From positions 1-63,841 of the IMG/VR virus record IMGVR_UViG_3300021168_000030: DNA of 63,841 nt; one strand, 5' to 3'. Origin of the DNA: a virus. Lineage: Duplodnaviria; Caudoviricetes. The translations under genes were made by a program, and so were the position numbers. Of this stretch, positions 10,674 to 20,117 are shown in pieces. The notes below the pieces were generated by a model. It did no database searches. It worked only from the letters and a program-made list of their open reading frames with translations, and was not told the origin of the DNA. Numbering within the stretch: position 1 is the stretch's first letter; every line of letters starts with the position of its first letter.

Positions 10674-10706
10674 GAGAGAAAAAGGGCGGAGAGTTTACCT
10701 CCGCCC
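10674..10706 (-). terminator. Rho-independent terminator after the SSB-like gene
   Basis: Minus strand GGGCGGAG-gtaaact-CTCCGCCC-TTTTTCTCT. Confidence 0.75.
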
Positions 10707-10718
10707 AATATCAAAGAC

Positions 10719-12083
10719 TTAGACGGGCGCGTTCAAAAGTTCGTCAATGGCCGACTGCATATCAATCGGTGCAGGCTGTACTGCAGCGACAGGAGCAGGA
10801 GCAGCTTGCGCAGCCGGCGTAGGCGGTGCCGCCGGTGCTTGCGTCTGCTGCGGCGCCTGGAACGCAGCCGCGCCATTGGCATGGCCATTGGGTTGCTCCA
10901 TCGCCGGGGTCGCACCAGTCATAAACGGGTTCGCCTTACGGGGTGTAGCGGGAGCTGGCATTCCCGGATGAGGTACTCCTCCGATGAGCGCACCGCCGAT
11001 CATAAACGGCGCTCCCTTTTCTTCATCTGCCTGCTGCACGGCAGCCGGAGTGGGTTGAGGGGCTTGAGTTGCTTCCTCGTACTGCTGCTTCTGAGCCGCA
11101 GTGGCTTGGTCGCTAGGGGGGCCCGACACGCCAAACGCATCTTCAAATTCTTGTACGCTAGCGAATCTTAAACGATGCGCATACTGGTCTGGTGTAGGCG
11201 CCGGTCGCGAAGAAGTCTGAGCGGCCTGGGCCTGATACGGTGCATTCAGAACTGGGTTATGAGCAGTTACCTGCCGTGGCATCTGCACGACGTTCGGCGG
11301 CGTACCTGGTATTTCGGCGGCTGGAGCCGGCTGAGGGGCCGAGCTGTCGACCATACCGAGGATGCGCGCGACCTGCTCGCTGCCGCTTATTCCGCCGTTG
11401 CCGTCTGCCCCGACGACGAGTTCTGCCTGCTCGTCGGATAACCAGCTCGAAGCTTCGAATGTGATCAACGGGTAGGAGACGTCGTAATTGAAACCGAGAC
11501 GGGTCGCGACGAACTCCATCGACGCCCCCTTGCGTTCTAGCATTTGCGCGTAGTTCGCTAGTTGATTAAGGCTCATCGGCGGGATGCGCAGCATCATCGG
11601 GCCGCCGTAGCTTTCGTTCTTGGGATCGCCGAGCGGCACAACGGCGATGCGGCGGTTGTCCTGGCACGCCTTGCCCTTCCGGCCATCCTCGGTGATCCGT
11701 GAGCCCCACTGAGCACGCGGACAGACGGCGCAGGTCGAGCATTGCAGCTTGGTGCTGGTCGGATCTGGGGCGATACCGTCGACCGAGAAGCAATCCGGTG
11801 AGTCGTCGTCCCCCTCGGTATATTTTTTCTCATACCACTGCTTCGCGACGACCTGCGCGATGCCGACAATGATCACGTCAAGCGACGGGACCGGGGCCCC
11901 GCGGGCATCCGTCACCATGTTTTCTTCGCCGCGATATTTGATGCGCCAGTTACGGCCTTTGTAGCCGATCACCGCAAAGGACGCCTGGACACCCGCCATC
12001 GCCGCGGCGTTGAGCGAGGATTTCCGGTTGGCGAATAGCGCTGGCGGCCGGCCTGCAACGGGAACGATTGCGTTGGAGCTCAT
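10719..12083 (-). CDS. Putative ssDNA-binding protein with Zn-binding motif and long Pro/Ala/Gln tail
   Basis: PDCFSVDG..CAVCP..QWGS..GKACQ..RRIAV pattern of a conserved phage replication-module family; acidic-hydrophobic end (IDELL). Confidence 0.6.
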   Translation of the reverse strand: MSSNAIVPVAGRPPALFANRKSSLNAAAMAGVQASFAVIGYKGRNWRIKYRGEENMVTDARGAPVPSLDVIIVGIAQVVAKQWYEKKYTEGDDDSPDCFSVDGIAPDPTSTKLQCSTCAVCPRAQWGSRITEDGRKGKACQDNRRIAVVPLGDPKNESYGGPMMLRIPPMSLNQLANYAQMLERKGASMEFVATRLGFNYDVSYPLITFEASSWLSDEQAELVVGADGNGGISGSEQVARILGMVDSSAPQPAPAAEIPGTPPNVVQMPRQVTAHNPVLNAPYQAQAAQTSSRPAPTPDQYAHRLRFASVQEFEDAFGVSGPPSDQATAAQKQQYEEATQAPQPTPAAVQQADEEKGAPFMIGGALIGGVPHPGMPAPATPRKANPFMTGATPAMEQPNGHANGAAAFQAPQQTQAPAAPPTPAAQAAPAPVAAVQPAPIDMQSAIDELLNAPV

Positions 12084-12086
12084 ATT

Positions 12087-12248
12087 TTATTCTCCTTCCA
12101 ATTCGATGTTGATTTGCGCTGTGCCGTCCGGCCATTGGACAGCGTGCAGTGTATGCTCGATGGCATCTGACAGATCATTAGATTCGAAATACACTTCGCC
12201 GAGGATAAGGCTCTCGGCGTCCATCAATGTCAGCTTGTAGCGCTTCAT
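12087..12248 (-). CDS. Small hypothetical protein (53 aa)
   Basis: MKRYKLTLMD...ELEGE; fills the gap and carries the RBS of the next gene. Confidence 0.45.
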   Translation of the reverse strand: MKRYKLTLMDAESLILGEVYFESNDLSDAIEHTLHAVQWPDGTAQINIELEGE

Positions 12249-12283
12249 CTCACATTCTCCATACGATGGTTGCTATAGTTATC

Positions 12284-12964
12284 TCACGCGGTCCGGACGC
12301 GCAAGACCCGGATCTGACTAACCTTCACCCCCGGAATGGGCTTCTTAGTCTCTTCGATGGTCGCCAGGACCGCGCCCTTAGCGACGCGCCGTTCAAGCAG
12401 ATCCCAGGCTTGGTTAGCCTGGATGTAATCGAGCGTCTGCTCCCAGTTATCGACCGTCGCCGAGGTTTCGACCTGCGTAAACGCCGTGCCCCGATCGGTT
12501 CTGAGTGATGCGGCGCCTAGCTTGTCGAGTTCGGCCATAAGGACCCCCTCGATCTTCTGTTGCAGCTCAAGGATTGGCGTGATACGCGTCTTAAAAGCCT
12601 CCTTCAACTCCGCGATCTTGTTACGTAGCTTGATGTAGTTCTCGACCAACTGCGCGGCATTGACCCCCGCTTGCTGCATTTCTACTACAGTAGTAGTTTC
12701 TGTTGGTGTTTCTTTTGGTGTTTCTTTTGGTTCACGTGCCTCGCTCTGCTCGTGCACTGCCTTCTTTACTCTCGCCATGACCTCCTCCGATGTGTTGAGT
12801 AGTGATTTCCGAAACTGATGCAGGTTCGCCGTAATGACGTGGTGTTCTAGTGGGTATGGCGCGTCGCAGTGCCACGGCATCCCGTCGAGGATCCAGCGTA
12901 CCGCCCAAGCCCGAGTGTTCGGTTTGAACCCGTCGAGCTGCCGGATGATGTCGTCAGCGGTCAT
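12284..12964 (-). CDS. Conserved phage replication-module protein
   Basis: YIKLRNK..LRTDRGT..WDLLERRVAK..PIPGV pattern, typical between SSB and SNF2 helicase genes. Start uncertain. Confidence 0.6.
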   Translation of the reverse strand: MTADDIIRQLDGFKPNTRAWAVRWILDGMPWHCDAPYPLEHHVITANLHQFRKSLLNTSEEVMARVKKAVHEQSEAREPKETPKETPTETTTVVEMQQAGVNAAQLVENYIKLRNKIAELKEAFKTRITPILELQQKIEGVLMAELDKLGAASLRTDRGTAFTQVETSATVDNWEQTLDYIQANQAWDLLERRVAKGAVLATIEETKKPIPGVKVSQIRVLRVRTA

Positions 12965-13054
12965 ACCGATAGATCTTACGGCCTGCACATAGGCCCCACA
13001 TGCCCCCGGCACAGAAGCCGAGACCGAATATGAGGACGTATCCGACCACCTCCA

Positions 13055-13513
13055 TCATGTAGTAAACTCATGCAACTTCGCCCGTGCGCGCCAGAGCCGT
13101 GAGCGCACCGTACCTATTGGAATGCGTTCGCGGCGTGCTGCCTCGGCATAGCTTGCGCCGCCTGTAATAAGCTCTATAAGGCGGCGCTGTGTTTGGGGCA
13201 GCCGTTCAATCTCCTCAACAACCTCATGTGCTAAAATGCTAGCATCAGCATTGCTATAAGATGGAGCATCGCTATCGAGCAGCACTGTAGCTCTACGAGT
13301 CGACCGCCTCGTATTGTTTACGTAGCAATTGTGCATGATCGTGAACATCCACGCGCGTAAGTCACCTTCGACGTAGAGGCGCTGTTTACATAGTACCATC
13401 AGTACCGTGTCTTGCACCAGATCATCGGCGTCGACAGTGCTTTCGGTGAGCTTCAGCGCGTAGCGGCGCAACCTCGGCAGCTCAATAATAATGCGCCCCT
13501 GGTCGATTGTCAT
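13055..13513 (-). CDS. ECF (group 4) RNA polymerase sigma factor
   Basis: Region 2: LPRLRRYA..DADDLVQDT..LRAWMFTIMHN. Region 4: SYAEAA..IPIGTVRSRLWRAR. Start may lie further upstream. Confidence 0.92.
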   Translation of the reverse strand: MTIDQGRIIIELPRLRRYALKLTESTVDADDLVQDTVLMVLCKQRLYVEGDLRAWMFTIMHNCYVNNTRRSTRRATVLLDSDAPSYSNADASILAHEVVEEIERLPQTQRRLIELITGGASYAEAARRERIPIGTVRSRLWRARAKLHEFTT

Positions 13514-13640
13514 AGCCCCAGTCTCCGCCATAGTCTGCGTAAACGTTGTGCCAGCCGTTTGCGGCGCATTGCGTAAGGCCGGCGCCGCCACGCGTTTTGA
13601 TATTCACGGGTTATTGACTTCATCTCCGCGCTCCCGTCAG

Positions 13641-15200
13641 TCAGAACTCCACGTCCTGGTTTTTGAACAGCTCCAATAGCATCCCCTGCAAACTCGCGCG
13701 GTCTTTTAGCCTCTTATAGGCTGCCTTCTCGGCCGGCGTTGCGGCCAGATGCACGATTAAGGTATTGGATGTCTGCCCTGGCCTGATGGGCCTGGCGTTG
13801 GCCTGCTCGTAGATCTCCAATGAGTTTATCGCCGTGTACCAAACGATCGTATTGGCCGCAGTGAGTGTGAGCCCATGCGCCATACACTGAGGGTGCGCCA
13901 CCAGGACTCGCGGCTGTGGGGTATTCTGGAATGCGTCGAAGATTTTGGTTCTGGCGGCGCGCGAGGTTTCCCCAAAAACTACTCCCACCGTGATTTTATT
14001 CTTCTGGAGGAACTTCGCGATGCCGCCGAGCGCATGGATGAACGGCACGAACACGATAACCTTGCGGCTGGCCTCGTGTATCACGTCGAGCAGCTCGTCT
14101 AACCGTGACTGATTGGGTAGCTCGTAGACCCCGCGCCGGTCGGTGTAGATATAGCCGCAAGACACCTGCAGGAGTTTGTTCTGTAAGACCCCCTCATTGA
14201 CCGCAGTGATCGTCTCGCCGGCTTTGGTCGTCATGACCATCTTGTCGAATAAAGCTTTGTAGGCGTAAGCCGCGGCGGGGTCGAGCTTGACTTGGCGTGT
14301 TGTCCAGGTCGTAGGTGGTAGCTCCATTACGTCGTCGCGCGTAAATCTCACCGATGGCTGCATCTGCGAGAACACGATGTCGTTGGCTTGGTCCCGCGCG
14401 ATCCATTTAAAATTACCGACCTGACGCATCGTCATGTCTTTGAAGCGCACCAGTGATTTCGTCGTGCGGTCGGGAGTGAGTAATTTGATCTGCCCCCAGG
14501 CATCGGTTGGCGCAGTCGGCGTCGGCGCGCCGGTCATACCCCACACGTATTTCGCAGCGGTGCCCTGGATCACGGCGTTGGCCGACTTCCATAGTTGCGA
14601 AGACTTATTCCGGAACACCGCGAGCTCGTCGATCACGATGATATCGAAGCCGCGATTGACAATCTCGTCGATTAGCAGTGCTAGGCCGTGGTGGTTGATG
14701 ATGAACCAGTCGGCGTCTTCAGATAATAACTTAACTCGCTGCATCCGTGACCCATAGACAATGCGCACCTTGGATTGCGGGAGCAGCTTGAACAGCTCGC
14801 GCTCCCATACCAGTGTCAGGGTCGATAAGGGTGCGGTGATCAGCACCCGACCCATGCCCTGGGCCCGGCGCAAGTAGTCGCTTGCGTAGATCGCTGCCCG
14901 GGTCTTACCCGTCCCGAGGTCATTCAGAACATAGGCGCGGGGGCTCTCCGTCGCCAGCGCCGCAGTGAGCTTCTGGACCCTCCAAGCCGGTGGACTGCCG
15001 CCGCACCAATCATACCGCGTCAGGATAGGCGACGGGACCGGCACGCCGAGATTGCGAGCTACTTTCGCTTCTTCGTGGCGGTTGGGGATCACCAGCATGC
15101 GCTGGCCCTGATAGGCCAGCTCGCGAGCGTGGGGGATTAACTGTGCTAGTCCCTCGTGCCACGGGATCACGATGTGATTGGTGTCGGCAGTTACGAACAT
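13641..15200 (-). CDS. SNF2-family helicase
   Basis: DLGTGKT, VIDEL, MTGAP, HGLTLTAA, YEQANAR.IRPGQ. Confidence 0.92.
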   Translation of the reverse strand: MFVTADTNHIVIPWHEGLAQLIPHARELAYQGQRMLVIPNRHEEAKVARNLGVPVPSPILTRYDWCGGSPPAWRVQKLTAALATESPRAYVLNDLGTGKTRAAIYASDYLRRAQGMGRVLITAPLSTLTLVWERELFKLLPQSKVRIVYGSRMQRVKLLSEDADWFIINHHGLALLIDEIVNRGFDIIVIDELAVFRNKSSQLWKSANAVIQGTAAKYVWGMTGAPTPTAPTDAWGQIKLLTPDRTTKSLVRFKDMTMRQVGNFKWIARDQANDIVFSQMQPSVRFTRDDVMELPPTTWTTRQVKLDPAAAYAYKALFDKMVMTTKAGETITAVNEGVLQNKLLQVSCGYIYTDRRGVYELPNQSRLDELLDVIHEASRKVIVFVPFIHALGGIAKFLQKNKITVGVVFGETSRAARTKIFDAFQNTPQPRVLVAHPQCMAHGLTLTAANTIVWYTAINSLEIYEQANARPIRPGQTSNTLIVHLAATPAEKAAYKRLKDRASLQGMLLELFKNQDVEF

Positions 15201-15226
15201 GGTTATCTACTACTGTAGTAGTTGTT

Positions 15227-15571
15227 TTACTCTTCGTATGGTGAATGTAGCCAGCTCTTCGTCATAGATACCGACTGGAGCCAATCCTCGAATTCAGTCA
15301 GCGACTCGTCGTCGTTGATGATGAAAACCTGTGCCAGTGATTCACGTATCTGCTTGATCACGACCTCTTGCCTGGATGTCGGCTTTTTATCAGGGCGCTT
15401 CGCCTCGATTGCAAACCCGAGTCCATAGAAGAACCCAAGATAGTCCAGAGTCGCCTTACCGTACCCACCGGGCACCGGCATGTACGAGTACATATGGCCT
15501 TCAACCTTGTACTTGTCAAGTATTTTATTGATCTTTTTCTTGATCTTTCCTTCGGGTGTACTAGCAGACAT
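15227..15571 (-). CDS. VRR-NUC nuclease
   Basis: TPEGKIK..LDYLG..FAIEAK.P.KKPT.RQ. Confidence 0.88.
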   Translation of the reverse strand: MSASTPEGKIKKKINKILDKYKVEGHMYSYMPVPGGYGKATLDYLGFFYGLGFAIEAKRPDKKPTSRQEVVIKQIRESLAQVFIINDDESLTEFEDWLQSVSMTKSWLHSPYEE

Positions 15572-15579
15572 TCGGAAAC

Positions 15580-15846
15580 CTACACTACAACACAGAGATG
15601 AGCGATAAACGCTTCTGGAATATGCAATTTATGTTCTCGGTCTTCTTCCAGGATACACTCGAACCAACGCCCTGCTTTATCTGTAAAGATCGCGCGGAAC
15701 TGGAAGCCATACGTCAATGCAGTGCTCTCGATGTAGAGAGATAGCCGCTGGCGCAATTCACGAGGCAACTGGTCGTGGACCTCCTGTCTTGCCCCCGGCA
15801 GCTCCCCATACCATACACGGTTCCAGCTAGTCTCACGCTCTTCCAT
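15580..15846 (-). CDS. HLCxVV-family small protein, copy 4
   Basis: QLPRELRQRLS...IPEAFIAHLCVVV*. Confidence 0.7.
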   Translation of the reverse strand: MEERETSWNRVWYGELPGARQEVHDQLPRELRQRLSLYIESTALTYGFQFRAIFTDKAGRWFECILEEDREHKLHIPEAFIAHLCVVV

Positions 15847-16088
15847 CACACCACCGCGCACAGATGAGCGATAAATGCTAATGGGATAACCAGCTCCCCC
15901 TCGGGTGTCTCTTCCAGCCGGCAGTTAAACCTGCGCTTAGTCTGAATATCGACGAATACCACGAGTACGTGCAACCCGAACGGGTCGCCGGTGATCCCCA
16001 GTGATAAACGTTCTTGTAAGGCGCGCGGAAGCTGTCTGCGCAACACATCGGACACGCTATAAAGCGGCAGGCTATCGGAGTAACTCAT
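15846..16088 (-). CDS. HLCxVV-family small protein, copy 3
   Basis: QLPRALQERLS...IPLAFIAHLCAVV*. Confidence 0.7.
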   Translation of the reverse strand: MSYSDSLPLYSVSDVLRRQLPRALQERLSLGITGDPFGLHVLVVFVDIQTKRRFNCRLEETPEGELVIPLAFIAHLCAVV

Positions 16089-16089
16089 A

Positions 16090-16416
16090 TCATACTACCA
16101 CACACAGATGCGCAATGACTTCGTCGCTGAGGCGCAGATCCAGCCCGACCGTGCAGTTCACTCGCTCAACACCCCAACTAATACTAACTCCAAAAGTAAT
16201 GCCGGGCCCCTCGACTGGCCTAACGATGACAGCTACCTTCTCACGAACGCTCCGCGGGAGCTGTTCTCGTATACGATCCCCGATCACCGGGCCAACACTA
16301 GCCCAATGCCGATCGACCACCGGGCCAACACTAGCCCAATGCCGATCGACCGCTCGCCGCTGCGCCGTGCGCCGCTGCGCCGTGCGCCATGCCTCATCGG
16401 TCAGGTCTCTTTCCAT
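16090..16416 (-). CDS. HLCxVV-family small protein, copy 2 (internal tandem duplications)
   Basis: QLPRSVREKVA...VIAHLCVVV*. Confidence 0.7.
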   Translation of the reverse strand: MERDLTDEAWRTAQRRTAQRRAVDRHWASVGPVVDRHWASVGPVIGDRIREQLPRSVREKVAVIVRPVEGPGITFGVSISWGVERVNCTVGLDLRLSDEVIAHLCVVV

Positions 16417-16650
16417 TCATACCACCACACACAGATGCACGATGAATGTGTCGGGGAGCTTTCCATCGTCGGTCAAACGACAGCGGAACTTGCGGTAAGT
16501 GCGCACGTCCCTTATGACGACAAAATTACCACCCTGCGGAAATACGGCGAGGCGGTCACTGAGCGTGCGCGGTAACTGCTTCCTAACTTGCTGCGCAAAC
16601 CACGGATTTGGCTGCGCAAACCATGGATTCGTGGGCTCAAAGCCGCTCAT
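16417..16650 (-). CDS. HLCxVV-family small protein, copy 1
   Basis: QLPRTLSDRLA...LPDTFIVHLCVVV*; ATG overlaps the exonuclease stop. Confidence 0.7.
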   Translation of the reverse strand: MSGFEPTNPWFAQPNPWFAQQVRKQLPRTLSDRLAVFPQGGNFVVIRDVRTYRKFRCRLTDDGKLPDTFIVHLCVVV

Positions 16651-17309
16651 CTTCCCCCCACTCCATGAAACGGACATGATACCACCGCGCAGTATTTCTT
16701 GCATAAGCCATTGGGAGTGGGCGGGAACTCCTGGGTCTCGTGAGCACGCTGGAACTTTTTGACACGGGGCAGGATCTCGGCCCATAGCGCCGGCAGGTTT
16801 TCGCGCCGGGCCTCATCCCGCACGATCTTGTCGTAGTTTACGTAGACCAGCGCCGACCGAATACGAGTTAAGAGGTTCGGCTGGTGTGCGAACAGCACCG
16901 CGGCGCTTAAGCGCAACTGCGTCAGGTCTTCTTTGGGCTTGCCAGTCTTCCAGTCCAGTATGACGGCATAGGTCCCGTTGATCTTGACACAGTCTATTAC
17001 GACGCGCAGCCACGCGTTCTTACCCATATATCCGACTGGTCTGAAGGTAGCGCTAATCGCCAATTTCTGCTCGTAATAGAATTTACCGGGCGACGCGGCG
17101 ACGCTTGCCAGTAGCCCCTCGTGCTGGACGTATCCAAGGGGCAAGGCCGTGCCGTGTTTCAGCCGCGCCTCGAAGTACGCATGCAACTTATCCCCCTCGT
17201 CGCGGTGCGGGGTCGGCCCTTCAGAGATATCCCGGGCAATGTCGTAATGGTAGTGTTTTTTCGGGCACGTCTCGAAGTTGTTGAGCTTGCTGAAGGACCA
17301 GGCGGTCAT
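16647..17309 (-). CDS. PD-(D/E)XK Cas4/RecB-like exonuclease
   Basis: WSFSKL..FETCP, LDWKTGK, QL, and C-terminal LC..YC....CP. Confidence 0.88.
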   Translation of the reverse strand: MTAWSFSKLNNFETCPKKHYHYDIARDISEGPTPHRDEGDKLHAYFEARLKHGTALPLGYVQHEGLLASVAASPGKFYYEQKLAISATFRPVGYMGKNAWLRVVIDCVKINGTYAVILDWKTGKPKEDLTQLRLSAAVLFAHQPNLLTRIRSALVYVNYDKIVRDEARRENLPALWAEILPRVKKFQRAHETQEFPPTPNGLCKKYCAVVSCPFHGVGGR

Positions 17310-17581
17310 TGGCAGCTCGTCGTGTACATGCCTTGGCCTAACCTGATCGTGGTGCAGTTCTGCGGCAGGGGATAGTAGACCGGAGGATTATAGATAGGCA
17401 TAGGCGCCTCACCTGACCATTCCGGGTGGTAGGTGTGGCAGCATGGAACATAGTTATTGCCCAGTGCCATACCCTGTGAGAATCCGTCGTAGAACCCTTG
17501 CGAGAAGCTACCGACTTGCGCCGCTGCGGCAGTGGACAAGCTAACACAAAACGCGGCTGCGACCATGAGAGTTTTCATCAC
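17306..17581 (-). CDS. Small secreted protein
   Basis: Signal peptide MKTLMVAAAFCVSLSTAAAA-Q; terminal NCTT...TTSC pair. Confidence 0.65.
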   Translation of the reverse strand: MMKTLMVAAAFCVSLSTAAAAQVGSFSQGFYDGFSQGMALGNNYVPCCHTYHPEWSGEAPMPIYNPPVYYPLPQNCTTIRLGQGMYTTSCQ

Positions 17582-17802
17582 TTATTTCCCTTCTCTACTG
17601 CATGTGGAACCGCGGCACACCAGACCGTAAAGTCCTCGCCCACATTAAAAAAATCCCATCCGATTTTATCCCTTTTGCGTGCGCACTCCGCCTCATTTGC
17701 AAAAAGCTGAGGGTACACACTGGCTGGCACTGCATCCACCGTACTCGGATATGTTCCGGTTAGGTGAGCCGCGAAAGTCAGTAAGATCCATTTGGTCATC
17801 AC
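17578..17802 (-). CDS. Small exported/membrane protein
   Basis: MTKWILL N-terminus; F.NEAEC...WC pattern. Confidence 0.55.
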   Translation of the reverse strand: MMTKWILLTFAAHLTGTYPSTVDAVPASVYPQLFANEAECARKRDKIGWDFFNVGEDFTVWCAAVPHAVEKGNK

Positions 17803-17984
17803 GTATTCTCCTTCTTCTGTACATAATCTATAAGCTCCTTCTGAGACCGCAATAATATATTCTCGGTAACAATCTTTTCTTTACCGTTATAAGTAATCCT
17901 ATCTCCACGACAAAAATAACCGGGGTAAGAAACTAGAAATTCTCGATCCTCCCAAATACTACGAATTCTTCTTAGGATGCCCAT
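17799..17984 (-). CDS. Hypothetical protein
   Basis: GAGGAG RBS; coupled to neighbours. Confidence 0.45.
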   Translation of the reverse strand: MGILRRIRSIWEDREFLVSYPGYFCRGDRITYNGKEKIVTENILLRSQKELIDYVQKKENT

Positions 17985-18136
17985 CACGTGTCCTCCTCTG
18001 CGCCAAGCTCGCGGCAAAGATCAATAACGTCCATGCCTGGATAGCATTCGGCAGCAAGGCGCAATATCGCTAAGAACTTGTCGTCCACCAGCTTGCTTAA
18101 AATATCGAGCATCAGCGCTAGCTTTTCCTCATCCAT
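17984..18136 (-). CDS. Small hypothetical protein (50 aa)
   Basis: MDEEKLALML...; TGATG overlap with the polymerase stop; AGGAG RBS. Confidence 0.45.
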   Translation of the reverse strand: MDEEKLALMLDILSKLVDDKFLAILRLAAECYPGMDVIDLCRELGAEEDT

Positions 18137-20061
18137 CACGAGTTCTCCTTCTTCTCAGCTGCCAATAGAGTCTTACCCCATCCCCCCTCTGACGCAAGGG
18201 GTAAGTCCGGCGCCCACGCCGGCCGTATTGCGAACTGCCGATCGAGCTCCTGATCCCACCACTCGACTTCTCTTTCAGGCACACAGTAGTCAAGGGAGTC
18301 GTGAGTAGATAGGAACGGATGGTAGCCTGTCAAGTCAAAAACACGCACGGCGATGTCAGTTACTACGATCCGTGAAAGAGCCTGCGAGATGTTCTCAATC
18401 GATTTCCCGCCATATATTTTGTAATACCCGCCGGTAGTTCGATTGTCGTATACTATAGCTGTAGTATTATCCGGCATACGCTCGAACCGTAAATTCGGAT
18501 ACATTAAACATAGGTAGTTCGGCAGCCACAGACAATCAAACCCAGGCTCGACCACTGGGAATGTGGACGCACGATAGGCGAGATAATCGATGTTCAACAG
18601 TTGGCGGACATTCTGAACACCCCGCGATACCACCAAGACATACTGAATTAGCTGCTCACCGCGGTGCCACAAGGTTCGGATCTCCGGGTACTCACTACGG
18701 TAGTGAGAAATGATCTCCACGGATTGCTCCAGGGTTACCTCGACACTGATCCCGCCGTTACCCAGGAACAACATATGCCGAAATTTCGGAGCGCCACAGC
18801 CATAGCCTAACCCCAGGATCCCTGTTTTGCCTACGAACCGCTCCTTGGTGTCGGCCTTGGTTATGGTTCGCTGGTATATAGTCGACGCAAACTCGGAATA
18901 GACATCGCGACCCTCGGCAAACGCCCTCAGAAGTTTCATGCACTGGGCTAGCCATGCGACCATGCGCGCCTCGATCTGTGAGGAGTCGCGGTGGACGATG
19001 CGATATCTCGGTGGCGCGGCGATGCCGGCGCGAATGGGCGACATCCTCGTGAAGTTCTGCCAGTTGGTCTTGTCGTCACCCGATAGCCTGTGCGTGCGCG
19101 CGCCAGAATACTTCAAGGGCACGGCGCCCCATCGCTCGCCATGTCCCCGCCAATCCAATAACGATAGGTCTAGTAGTTTCTGGGTGCGGGTTTCTTCGAG
19201 GGTGCTCTTTTGACTGGTACGCGCTGCTAGTATGGCCTGGACCTCGAGCGGCTGCTCAGGGTCCATGCATAGTTCCTTGAACTCGCGGTCGCCCTTGGCC
19301 AGCGCAAAGGTCTCCTTACCTGTAACGGGTGAGATCTTCAATGGCACGTCGACGCCGTAGCTCTCCAGCAAAGCAGCGAATTTCGGGTTGGACCGAAAGA
19401 CCTCCGGGTCGATAGCCGACACCCGGTCGAGGACCTCCTGCTTCCGGGCCCTGACTGCCCCCAGATGCACCGCCAGCGGCTCTGGGTCAAGTTTGACCTG
19501 GGGCAGTATGTGCATACGCGCCACGAGATCTATAAGGCGCAGCTCAGTAGGGCTAAAAATCTTTTTGAGTTTTAAGAATATACTATAGCAGTTCTCATTA
19601 TCGCGGTTGCAGTAGTCGGCGTATTCCCATAACTCAGGGTCAGTGAAATTTTCGAGCCGCTTACCGACGGCACGCACGACCGCGTCGCCTTTGTCTGGCA
19701 GCTCTAAGTATTTGGACACAGCGGCGAGCGACGATCTGCCGACAACAGCGTGCGTCGTCGCTCGCGCCATGCTCAGCGGGTCGAGGTATAACTCCGCGGC
19801 GATTCCGAAATGCCAGGCTAAAATGCTACCGTCGAACCTGACGTGATAGGCGCACAGTGCCAGCTTAGACCAGTCGTAGGAATTCAGTCTACGCCGCACG
19901 TTCTTATGACCAACTTCCACAGCTGATGGCTCGTCGTCGAGCTTGAACGAGCACATGATGACCTGGAACCGAGGGTCTAAGATATACTCGGCCGTGGTCA
20001 TCTTCTTGAGGCTGTAGTCTTTGTCGTAATAAGTTTCATAATCAATCGTTAGGATCGCCAT
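18136..20061 (-). CDS. DNA polymerase family A with 3'-5' exonuclease
   Basis: Exo I IDYET; motif A DSSQIEAR; motif B RFVGKTGILGLGYG; motif C THDS. Confidence 0.93.
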   Translation of the reverse strand: MAILTIDYETYYDKDYSLKKMTTAEYILDPRFQVIMCSFKLDDEPSAVEVGHKNVRRRLNSYDWSKLALCAYHVRFDGSILAWHFGIAAELYLDPLSMARATTHAVVGRSSLAAVSKYLELPDKGDAVVRAVGKRLENFTDPELWEYADYCNRDNENCYSIFLKLKKIFSPTELRLIDLVARMHILPQVKLDPEPLAVHLGAVRARKQEVLDRVSAIDPEVFRSNPKFAALLESYGVDVPLKISPVTGKETFALAKGDREFKELCMDPEQPLEVQAILAARTSQKSTLEETRTQKLLDLSLLDWRGHGERWGAVPLKYSGARTHRLSGDDKTNWQNFTRMSPIRAGIAAPPRYRIVHRDSSQIEARMVAWLAQCMKLLRAFAEGRDVYSEFASTIYQRTITKADTKERFVGKTGILGLGYGCGAPKFRHMLFLGNGGISVEVTLEQSVEIISHYRSEYPEIRTLWHRGEQLIQYVLVVSRGVQNVRQLLNIDYLAYRASTFPVVEPGFDCLWLPNYLCLMYPNLRFERMPDNTTAIVYDNRTTGGYYKIYGGKSIENISQALSRIVVTDIAVRVFDLTGYHPFLSTHDSLDYCVPEREVEWWDQELDRQFAIRPAWAPDLPLASEGGWGKTLLAAEKKENS

Positions 20062-20076
20062 ATTACCCTCAAAACC

Positions 20077-20117
20077 ACTACAGTAGTAATTATATGGTAT
20101 GCTGTCTTATTTCACAA
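20077..20117 (-). promoter_or_regulatory. Sigma70-type promoter for the polymerase operon, with the palindrome over the start site
   Basis: Minus strand TTGTGA-17 bp-TATAAT-t-ACTACTGTAGT. Confidence 0.65.

Noticed and set aside
15580-16650. Prenylated eukaryote-targeting effectors (CaaX ends)
   Set aside because: No secretion signal or eukaryotic context; kept only as a remark.
16647-17309. Cas4-like gene or dispersed repeats as a CRISPR system
   Set aside because: No repeat-spacer array or other cas genes; this is the usual replication-module exonuclease.
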